Source: the human T2T-CHM13v2.0 reference genome, Homo sapiens
NCBI RefSeq assembly: GCF_009914755.1
Contig: NC_060933.1
Reading direction: 5' to 3' (one strand)
DNA length: 64,000 nt
The notes under the pieces were generated by a model, which saw only the letters and a program-made list of their open reading frames with translations, did not search any database and was not told the origin of the DNA. A program made the translations under genes and the position numbers. This document shows, one piece after another, positions 51,496 to 64,000 of the stretch (within the stretch, counting starts at the first letter, position 1; each line of letters begins with the position of its first letter).

Positions 51496-52384
51496 TGGGG
51501 CCACCAGCAGCTCCAGCTTCACCTTCCCAACTCAGAAACCCCAGGGTCAGGACCACTGCTCTTCTCACTTCACACCAAAGTGTCAGGCAAGGCGAAGCGC
51601 TGAACTGCACGGCTGGGCCGTGACTGGAGGAACAGCCGAAACATGGCTCAGGCGCATTCCCGGGGCATTTTATGTTACTTGTTGGTTTGCTTTTGAGGAG
51701 AGGCAGCTGGAGTGGAAACCCATGAATGGTGGGAGAAGATAACTCCCCAAGAGAAGCAGGTGGGATGGACATAAGAAATGATGGGTGCCTACGGCAGCCA
51801 GCATGTGGTGAACCCATTTGTGGGGCTCACAGGCCGGGAGCTCTGCCCTGCTCGGCAGTGTCTCGGTCTTACTGGAGGGCTTCCCTGGCCATCCTGTCAG
51901 GTGCCCCCATAGGTGCATCTCACCTCTCCCAGGGAGGTCCATCGGGAGGCCTCCATGTAGGGGGTCAAGAAGACAAAGGTGTGGAGGGCTCCAAGGTCAA
52001 CTCTAGGGAGCACATCTCAAGCCAGCACTGTCAACTGCTTGCAGGAGGCCAAACAGACCTGGGGTCAAAGCCCACCTCAGCCACTTCAGCTGTGTGGCCT
52101 TGGATGAGCTGCTTCACCTCTCTGAGCCAGCACGCCAGTTTCCTCATTTCTTCCTCTGGGTCTGTCTGTACTCTCTCCCAGCTCTCCACACACCTGGAAT
52201 TCCCTCTTCTTCCTCTCCTGTCATCTACCCTCCCCAAGAGGCCTACCTCCACAGCTCCAACCACACCCAGCCTGGGACCTAGCCTAGCGAGCCACTGAGC
52301 CCTAGGATGTGTCAACACTCCCCTTGATTCCGGGGCACTTCACATGGTCTAGGAAACAATTACACTTTCAGATTTTCCAAACGA

Positions 52385-52680
<296 letters not shown>

Positions 52681-53953
52681 AAAAAGAAAGTAGAGGTCAG
52701 TGTGCTTGTTGGAAGAGAAAGAAGGGTAGACAAGGAAGGGAGGAAGCCCCCAGCTTCCTTGCTAAAACACATAGATGGACAAAATCCTGCTGGAGCCCAG
52801 AGGGAACCACTCCCACTGCCAGGAGGGGCTGGGGAAGCCACCAGAGAGACCAAGCTGAGGCTTGAGGTACAACTAGGAACTCTCTAGAATTTCTGGACCT
52901 CCACTGGGTGGAGAAACAGGGGAAAGACAGTTCAGGCGGAAGGTGTGAGGCATGGGCGGGAGAAAACACGGCATGCCTAGGCTTTCGTGGAGGACTGGTG
53001 CAGCCCGAGAGGAGGCTGTTTGGAGAACTGAGGGGACAGGGAAAGGGGTGAGGACTTGGAAAGGACTTCACGAGCCGGGCCAAGGCCTCGGGACTTTCTC
53101 CCATTGATTTCAGGGAACACCCAGTAGGTGCTCACTAAGCCTTGGTTGAAGGAATGACTTGATTGATTGTTGAACCCGACTCGGAGGAGGGGACCCCAAG
53201 TCCCACCACTGAGGGGTAGGAGCTCTGGGACCCCATCCCCAGCCCAGGCCCCCAAGCAGCTGCTCCTCCCCCTCCCACAGACTCCAGCCTGGATGTTTTT
53301 CTCTGCGCTTGATGAAGTTAAAATAAGCCCTCTCTGGGGTGAATCGCAGGCGTTCAAATTGGATTGGCACAAGGACGTCGAGCAGTTGGTGGCAGGAGCC
53401 AGGGGACCGGAGAGCAGGTTTTCGCTGGAGGGGACATGAGCTTTATTTCCCTCTTGGTTGCTGATGAGGAAGCAGCTGTCCTTGCCTGATTATTTTTACC
53501 TCGAGTCACAGCCGCTGCCACCGAGCCCCACCTGCGCCCGCCTGCCTGCCAGGGCCAGGTGAGGAGCCCACCGCCCTGGCCCGGCTCTGCTGCAAGCTGC
53601 GAGCTCCACCTACCGCCACCTCCACTCAGGACCCAGCAGCAGCCCCGGCCTCAGGCCCAGACCCTTCCACACCACAAAGTGCTCACTGTCCAGAAGAGAG
53701 AGACCCAGAGCAGCCTTAAGAATATTTGAGACAAAAAAAAAAAAAAAAGGAAAGAAAAAAATGACCAATTCCGCTCTTCTAACACAATAACTAATTCCTT
53801 CTTTTATTTTAGTTCAGACTTCTAGTTTGAAAAATTAAATGTAAATATCCCTTTACCGTTAACCAAGAACTCCAACTCTGTCATGTTGTTCTACTCTTGA
53901 AAAGCCCAAGAGGTGAGTGTCATTAGCTTCATTTTAAAGTTGAGGAACTGATG

Positions 53954-54233
<280 letters not shown>

Positions 54234-54356
54234 TCACAGGGGAAGTGACTTGGCTTAAATCACACAATAAGAGAGTGGGAGAAAAGAAATCTGAACCCCA
54301 GTTTGTCTGACTCCAAATCTTGTGCACCATTCACTGTATTTTTAAGTCTTTGTCCA

Positions 54357-55152
54357 TGTATCAGTTAGGAATGCTGTCAGCTTCAAGTAACAACAACAGT
54401 GCATTAAATAAATGGGGGCTTCTTTTCCTCACATACCAAAAAAAATGTTGGTAGGTGGCCTCCAGATTGGGGAGCAGCTCAGTGATGTCACAGACTCAGG
54501 GTCTTTCAATCATGCTGCTCCACTATCCTTTTTGACATACTAACTGCCTCATGGACACAGAAAAGCTACTGCAGCTCCAGCCATCTCACATGCATTCAAG
54601 GCAGAAGGAAGAGGGAAAGGGGATAGTGAAAGCTATGACACACTCTCTCTCTCTCTCTGTTTCTTTTTTTTTTTTCTGAGACAGAGTCTTGCTGTGTCAT
54701 CCAGGCTGGAGTGCAGTAGCACCATCACAGCTTACTGCAGCCTCCACCTCCTAGGCTCAAGGAATCCTCCCACCTCAACCTCCCAAGTAACTGGAACTAC
54801 AGGCATGTGCCACCATACCTTGCAAATTTTTTTTATTTTTTTGTAAAGATGGGGTCTTGCTATGTTGCTCAGGCTGGTCTCAAACTCCTGGGCTCAAGCA
54901 ACCCTCCTGCCTTGGCCTCCCAAAGTGCTGAGACTACAGGGTTACAGGCATGAGCCGCTGTGCCCAGCCAACAACCCCTTTTCACAGGAAAGCAAAATAG
55001 TTCCCTAAATTCCCCCAGGAGACTTTGGTTTACATCTCAGTGGTAACATGACTACCCACAACTGCAAGGGAGGCTGAGAAAGCAAGCGTTTCTGGACAAA
55101 GAAGAAGGGCGGTGAGGACAAATGCTGGGCAGTCACCAACAGTATCTGCCAG
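54357..55152 (-). mobile_element. Old MaLR LTR (MLT1K/L-like) containing a reverse AluJ-like element (54660-54969)
   Basis: tgtatcagttaggaatgctgtcagcttcaagtaacaac; actgcaagggaggctgagaa. Confidence 0.7.
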
Positions 55153-55372
55153 GCTGCATCAAGTTGTACTTAGTTGCAATTATACAACACATAATTTTTG
55201 TTTTCTACTTTTCTCTTTTACTATTAGATCATTTGCAGTTTCCTTATCACTATGTCGTTTCTATAATTCTCATTAATGGCTTAGTACTTCTTCAAGTGGA
55301 TGGTTCTGATGTATTTGTTGGACATTTATGTTGTTTCCGATTTTTAAAATATTATACATAATGTTATGATGA

Positions 55373-55735
<363 letters not shown>

Positions 55736-55916
55736 GGGTCAAGGATTTTAACATTTGTTGGTGCTCTTAATACATTACTCTCTTGATTTCCAAGAGTGTT
55801 GTGCTATTTTCCATGTAACTCTACTTCAGTGTATTGAGTTCACCACAACTGTGCCAGCACAGAGTTTTATGATTTTAAAAAGGTTTTCACCAAATTCGTA
55901 TCATAAAATGTTACCA

Positions 55917-56113
55917 TCTTATGATGGTTTACTTTAAGAAGAAGGAGGGGAATCAGGGGAAGATATATTGGTGTTCTGTGTGCTATTCTTGCAGCTTTTC
56001 TCTGGGTTTGATAATTTTCAAATTAAAAATTGGGAGACAAGAGGTCTGTCTCTGCCTAGGGCAGAGTCTGGATCATTTCCCAGGTTCCTGGGCCAGCAAA
56101 ACATGAGCAGGGC
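55917..56113 (+). repeat. Arm A of a local inverted duplication
   Basis: Reverse complement of 61090-61288; a 53-nt block (55992-56044) is identical. Confidence 0.92.
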
Positions 56114-56402
56114 CTGTTTCAATAAAATGCTATTGTTTTTATTCCTATGATGAAAACTAAGGAAGAAGGTTTTTCCCCATGTATTTTTCACTTTATATTT
56201 GTGTTTCACTTCGTACTTTTTTACTTTATTTTTGTATTGGTGAAGTATTTGTTCACTTCTTTATTTGGTGAAATATTTGTTTGTTACCTGGAGTAAGAGA
56301 TTCACTTTTTCAGGCATGGCCATGCTGAGACTGGTATCAACTCTGGGCATGTTACAACTCAACTCTTTCATTTGATTGCTTCCTGGGAGGAAGGTGGGGT
56401 AG

Positions 56403-58131
<1,729 letters not shown>

Positions 58132-58649
58132 AGCTTTATTGAGATATAATTCACATATAACTTGTCCATTTAAAGTGTACGGCTCAATGTTTTTACTGCA
58201 TTCACAGCTGGGCAACCAACCATCAGCATAATCAACTTTAGAACATTTCCATCACCTGAAAGAGGTGATGTACCCCAGCAGTTACTCAGTCACATCAGGT
58301 AGAGGTGAAAAAATATACAGAGAAAAAGATGGAGTCTGGCTGTGTCACCCCGGCTGGACTACAGTGGCTCACTGCAGCCTCAAACTCCCGGGCTCAAGCA
58401 ATCCTCCCATCTCATCCTCCCAAATTGCTGGGATTATAGGCATGAGCCACCACACCCCCCTGAAAATATTTTTAAGTTTTAAGAAAAGAGATGAAAGAGA
58501 TGGGTTGGACGGGGCTGCATGAGGAAAGCAGAGGAGACTTCGGCTGTGCCATGGCCTTGCTATGTGGCCACAGGTCCCTTCCCTTCTCTTCTCTTCTCTG
58601 GTTCTTGGTTTTCTCCTCCTAATACAAATAGGTATGTATGTATGTATTC

Positions 58650-58927
58650 ATTTTGAGACTGAGCCTTGTTCTGTCACCCAGGCTGGAGTGTGATGGCATG
58701 ATCTTGGCTCACTGCAACCTCCGCCTCCCAGGTTCTCCTGCCTCAGCCTCCCCAGCAGCTGGGATTACAGGCACGCGCCACCACAACCAGCTAATTTTTG
58801 TATTTTTAGTAGAGACAGGGTTCCGCCATGTTGGCCAGGATGGTCTCAAACACGTGACCTCAGGTGATCCATCCACCTCGGCCTCCCAAAGTGATGGGGT
58901 TACAGACGTGAGTCATCGCGCCCGGCC
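58650..58927 (-). mobile_element. Alu (AluS-like); an Alu monomer also lies at about 58325-58458 (-)
   Basis: Reverse Alu. Confidence 0.88.
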
Positions 58928-59791
58928 AAATATGTATTTACTGAGCACCTGCTGTGTGCCAGGCTCCAGGCCAGGCATGTCACAGATCATCTGAAACCAA
59001 GAGCAGAGATGTGACTTATTCAGGTCCCTATGCTGGTTGTTGGCAGAGAAGGGCCTGGAATGGGGGATGGGGGTAGGCAGAGGTTCTGACTGCCAGCTCA
59101 AGGCCACTGCACCAGCTGCGTCCACGTTTTACTTCCGGAGCTGCCCCAGTGACAAGTGGGGACAGGTGGGGACAGGTGGGGGTGGGCGGGAGGGGCATCT
59201 CTTTTCTCCCAGGCTGAGGAGGGGCCTGCCGCAGGTAGGCACTAAATAGTTGTTTCGCCCTCCAGTGGCCACAAGCAGCAGTGCAGGTGTCTGGCCTTGG
59301 GGGTCCATGAGGCAGAGTCCCTTCCCACTGTCCCCAGCACCACCACCCTCAAACACACACGCAAGGCATCTGTCCGGGTATGGTATGACTAGGTCTGTTG
59401 GAGCATTCCAAAGCGCTTACTTTGTCAGGTGTAACCTGGGTGCTGGGGGCAGGCGGGTGGACAAGTTCCTGACATTTGTGGAGATCAGGGAACTCCTGAG
59501 CCAATTTAAGTGGAGGTCAGGGAAAGCATCCTAGAAACCTGAAGGATAAGTGGAAATGAACCAGAAAAGACCTGGGGGCAGGTCTGCCTATTCCTAAGCA
59601 GAGGGAATGGTGCACGCAGAGGCCTGGGGATTTCACTCTGGCTAGAAGGTAAGGGGAAGAGGCACAGTGAGGGAGGAGCCACGGCTGGGGTAGATTGGGT
59701 GAGCCGTGAGAGGAAGGGTGGACTTTCTCCTGGAGGCACTAGGGATCCACAGAGGGATTTTGAGCAGAGGAGAGACAAAATCAGACAGAAA

Positions 59792-59796
59792 TGTTG

Positions 59797-59840
<44 letters not shown>
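59792..59840. repeat. (TGT)n(TAT)n microsatellite
   Basis: Seen directly. Confidence 0.95.
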
Positions 59841-61089
59841 TTAATGTAAGCTCAATAGACGGAAATTTTAGGAAGATCAGCCTGACTGCTGTGTGGGAGA
59901 GGGCTTGGATCAGGCCAGAGAGGAGGCTGTGCCAGTGCTGGTTCTGGGCCCATCCTGGATACTCGAGGCCCAAAGTTTGTAGGGGTATGAGAGAGGGGAA
60001 GGGATCCCACTTTGTCTACAGAGCTCAAGACAGGCACCCTCAGAGAGTAATTACAGTGACCCCAACACTCACAAATCTCTCTCACAGCCATGCTTTATGT
60101 CCCTGAGAGAAAGAGGTGATTCTCAACATTCTGTAGAAGAAGAAACAGAGTGGAGAGAGCTGCCTGGGTCACATAAAAGCTGGCTGATGGCCAAGCCTCG
60201 ATTCTGGGGGGATCAGGGTGACCCAAAAGTGAAAACATCCCAGTGGCTGGTTCTTCCTTCCAAAATTCCTGGCCCTGGGCTATGAGGGGGTTGGCTGAGG
60301 GGCCAGGAGTGAGGACCCGATGTCCTCAGGCCACCCTCGAGGCTCCCTTGGGTCCTGGCAGACCTCAGGCTCCCCACCCCCTGTACCCAGGCAATGAGCC
60401 CGAGGTCCGCAGTGGCTATCGCCTACCCACAGCCTGCAGGCTTTGTCCTTGGAAACAAGCAGCCTGTCAAAGCTGCCCGCTGTAAAGTGGATGGATGGCT
60501 CTTGGCTGCCAACTGGACAATGCCCAGGCTCTGTGGAGGGGAGATTAGGCCAGCCGTGGCCCAAACCAGTCCCAACTGCTCCGGGGCCTCAAATCAGGGT
60601 CCATGGATGCCCTGCCCCTCCATGGTACTTGACCATCTTCAGGAGTGACTCCTGGAAACTGTGATCCCCTGGAAGGGAGAGAGTTGGGCTGTGGGCGCCA
60701 GGGCAGGGGCATCGCCAAAGATAGGAAGGTCGTTGCTTAAGATACAGAGAGAGATTTGGGGTAGGACAGGAAGGGCACGGTGAGGAGGGCCAGAAGGTAC
60801 ACAAGAAGACTGGTAGTGTTGGCATTCGGAGGCTGACCTGCAGCCCACCCCTTCCTTGCTTCGTGACCTTGGGCCAGTCCTTTCTCCTCACTGGGCGCAG
60901 TTTGCACATGCGTAAAATGGGCTCCTAAGAATCCCTGCCTTGAGTGAGATGGTGCAAGTGTGGGAAGGCCCAGCCAGGGCCAAGCAGAGCGAGGCTTCAT
61001 CTTGGGCCTCTCCTTCCTGCACTTCTCACTGGCTCTGGAAACTGGGACTGGTTGGGAAGTGGGCAGGTCGCAAACAGGAGAGAACCAAG

Positions 61090-61288
61090 TCCTGCCCACG
61101 TTTTGCTGGACCAAGAACCCGGGAAATGCTCCGAGCTCTGACCCAGGCAGAGGCCTCTTGTCTCCCAATTTTTAATTTGAAAATTATCAAACCCAGAGAA
61201 AAGCTGAAAGAATAGCACATGGAACACCAATATATCTTCCTTTGATATATATTGATTCCCCCCCTTCTTAAAATAAACCATCATAAGA
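61090..61288 (-). repeat. Arm B of the local inverted duplication
   Basis: Reverse complement of 55917-56113; identical block at 61154-61206. Confidence 0.92.
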
Positions 61289-61354
61289 CCAAGACCCTGT
61301 CTCTCTCTATATATATATAATAAAAGTAAAATAAAAATTGTTGCCAGCAGGCTT

Positions 61355-61655
61355 TTTTTAGGGGGGAGGACAGAGTCTCGCTGTGTCACCCAGGCCGGAA
61401 TGCAGTGGGATGGTCATGGCTCACTGCATTCTCAACTTTCCAGGCTCAAGCGATCCTCACACTGCAGCCTCCCAAGTAGCTGGGACTCCAGGTGTGCACC
61501 ACCACACCCAGCTAATTTTTAAATTTTTGTACAGACAGAGCAGGGTCTCCCAGTGTTGCCCAGGTTGGTCTCAAACTCCTGGCCTCAAACTATCCTCCCA
61601 TCTCAGCCTCCCAAAGTGCTATGACTACAGGCATGAGCCATTGCACCCGGCCTGG
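61355..61655 (-). mobile_element. Alu (AluJ-like)
   Basis: Reverse Alu; flanks gcaggct. Confidence 0.85.
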
Positions 61656-62489
61656 CAGGCTACCTTTTAAGTGAGTTTTGACAAGAATGCTAAGTGGACT
61701 GTGTGCCAGGCACCATGTATTAGCTACGGGCTTGGTACATGTTAAGTCAAAGTCACTTAAATCTCACAGCAACTCCATGAGTTATGCACTATTCATCATC
61801 CACACATTACAGATGAGGAAACTGGCTTGGAGAAATTAGGTGTCATGCCTTAGGTCAGAGTCAACATGAACTTGGATGAACTTGGATGGATCTATCTGCC
61901 CCCAAAGCCTGAGCCCTGGGGTCATTCAGTCTAACCTCCCTCCTAACCAGGCATCCCTGCTACTGAGACCAGGAAGGTATGCCCACAGTCCCTACTCCAC
62001 ACTTGCATGGAGGATCTTTGCCTCTGCATCCCCCCAACCCCTCAGCCTCCCTCTGCAGCCCTGGCCCTGGCTCTGCCCCTATTCCCTTCCCCCAGACAGG
62101 CCCTCTCTGCCATCCCTGCAGTACCTTTAGAATGGCCTGGATGAAGATCCAGAAAGCCAGGTTCAAGGCCCGGCTCTGCCTCCGGCCACTGGCCTAACCC
62201 GGGGTGAGAGCCTTCAGTTCTCCTCTGGAAAATGGGTACGCCTGCCCCCAGCCCTTCCTCGCAGCAGGTGGAAGGTACAGGAGAAGCGTCCTGTAGGGAG
62301 CCGGCTCAGGGCAGGCAGTAGGCCAGGCACTGAGCGCTCCCTCCTCCACGACCATCCCGGCCTCCGAGGGGCCTGGGAAGCCCCAAGACCCTTCAGCTTC
62401 CGCTAGTTTGCTTTGGATCCAAGTCTCACAGGTGGCCCCTTCTAATCGGGTGACTTTAACCAATGTGTTTGGGGGAGGTAGTGACAACA

Positions 62490-63010
62490 GGCCCGGGGCG
62501 AGGGACTGAAGGTCTCCTCCCACCCACCTGGAGGCAGGTCTCTGTCTGGCTGGGCCGGGTGGGGGGCCCAAGAGGGCGGGGTGGGGAGCGGAAAGGGGCG
62601 TGGCCGAGGGGCGGGGTCTCCCGGGCCGAGGGGCGGGATCTCCTGGTATCTGCCAGAGCCCGCCGCTGCCTCCCCGACTTCAGTCCCCGCAGATGCCTCG
62701 CAGACGGTGAACGGCCACAGGCGCCAGGCCAGGCATAGCGGGTGAGGAACTGGAGCTGGGAACAGGGGAGGGACCAGCGGATGAAGGGGAGGCCCCTGAC
62801 TCAGGCCCATTGGCGCCTCGCGGAGGAGGGACGCGCAGTGGTGGGCAAACTTCGCATCTCCCTCTCGGGCCTCAACGAGTGTTTGGAGAGCAAGAAAAGT
62901 GGGCGCCAGGGGGCTTGAGGGCGCGAATCCAGGCAGACGTGAACGAGGGAGTGCTTTTCAGAATCCAAAACGCGGGAGCCTCCCAGTCCTCCGGTGAGGG
63001 GCGTGTTGGA
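62490..63010 (+). promoter_or_regulatory. ADGRD2: CpG-rich GC-box promoter, probably of ADGRD2, with a candidate non-coding first exon ending at 62741
   Basis: Several GGGCGG/GGGGCGTGG Sp/KLF boxes at 62574-62637, high CpG density, strong donor CGG|gtgagg at 62742. Confidence 0.7.
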
Positions 63011-63374
63011 TTTTCGTGCTGTCTGGAAAAGGGAAAAGGGGTGAATGATCACTGGTGATGGCTCAGATGCCGTCACCAGGTGGCATGAGGCCAGGTGTCA
63101 GGACACCGTGTTTTCTCAGGCACATTTGTGTAAAGCCAGGGCTGGAGCAGAGACCCAGGAGGCTCTTCCCTGCCTGCAGAGCCCCCCAGGTTGACGGGAG
63201 TGACCCCAGATCACCCAGGGTTAGGGTATCCCCGCTGAGCACAGCGTCTGGCTGTGGCACACCCACCAGCCGGAACCACAAGCTGAACCTGGAGGTGGTA
63301 CTACTGAGAGACTGGGAGGCAGTCCAGGCAGGAGGGATGGCATGGTCACAGGTCCAGAGGAGGGAAACTCAGAA

Positions 63375-63430
63375 ATGGACGCACCTTGGGGAGCAGGGGA
63401 AAGGTGGCTGCACGGAGCAGCGGTGGACAG
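63375..63430 (+). CDS. ADGRD2: ADGRD2 (GPR144) first coding exon of the classical predicted protein
   Basis: Translates MDAPWGAGERWLHGAAVD(R), matching my recollection of the human GPR144 N-terminus; strong donor AG|gtgagg at 63431. Confidence 0.75.
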
Positions 63431-63897
63431 GTGAGGCCAGAGAACTCGGCAGAGGCCTGATGAAGCAGAACCTTGGCGGAGAACCTCAAGGAACACAAAG
63501 CCCACCTGGACCTGAGCTTCCCCCACCCGCTGCAGGGACCCTGAGCTCTGTTTCGCCCCTCTCTGGCCAGCGACTGCTGCTGCCTCCCCCTCTCCCAGCT
63601 CTCCAGGGCGACAGTGTTTCCCTGCTTCGGTCCTGAAGGGGCTCCTGGAGACCATCTTTTGTGCAAGTAAATGTCGTCCCTACTAGGTGGGCCACCCCAT
63701 CCTGGGCTTCCAGCCCACTGGTTGGTTCCCAGCTCAGTGGGGTCTGGGAGTCAAACAAAGGGCAAACGGACCCTGCAGAAGTCCAAGGGCGAAGCAAGGC
63801 AGGATGCCCAGCTGCTTTCCTGCGACTTTTTTTTCCTCAGTCCAAGTTGGCCTGCCTGTGACCCCTGCTGTCTGTCACCTGCTCCGTTGGATCCAGG

Positions 63898-63933
63898 ATG
63901 GCACCGTGGTGCTACTGTTTCCTCTGCCTCCTG
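63898..63933 (+). CDS. ADGRD2: Candidate ADGRD2 signal-peptide exon (MAPWCYCFLCLL)
   Basis: Acceptor ttttttttcctcag| at 63840, Kozak AGGATGG, hydrophobic peptide, possible donor CTG|gtacct; the frame stays open to the window end. Confidence 0.5.
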
Positions 63934-64000
63934 GTACCTTCACTTCTGGGAGGGCAGTGCCTGGGAGGAAGTCAAGGGGACTCACAGCTTCAAGGGTTCC

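Noticed and set aside
63055-63636. 193-aa plus-strand ORF over the ADGRD2 5' region
   Set aside because: Different frame from the MDAPW exon, no recognisable domain, and expected by chance in GC-rich DNA.

Overview
Primate, almost certainly human, genomic DNA. From recalled protein sequences this is the 9q33.3 PSMB7-ADGRD2(GPR144) interval, and NR5A1 would lie further right, outside the window. The left part holds the 5' half of PSMB7 (proteasome beta-2) on the minus strand: coding exons 1-5 (62, 94, 98, 141 and 116 nt, all GT-AG), a CpG-island promoter near 27.5 kb, and about 17 kb of intron 5 running off the left edge. The middle (28-62 kb) is repeat-dense intergenic DNA with dozens of Alus, MaLR LTRs, an ERV1 solo LTR, L1/L2/MIR fragments and a decayed ERV-L provirus retaining gag, RT and RNase H motifs. 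The right end holds the GC-box/CpG promoter and 5' exons of ADGRD2 on the plus strand. I see no evidence for a wholly new biological system. The best leads are a signal-peptide-like ADGRD2 exon at the right edge, two candidate NMD 'poison' exons in PSMB7 intron 5, a ~195-bp non-Alu inverted duplication 5 kb apart, convergent CTCF-like motifs, and several enhancer-like motif clusters. Repeat subfamily names and boundaries are by eye and approximate.
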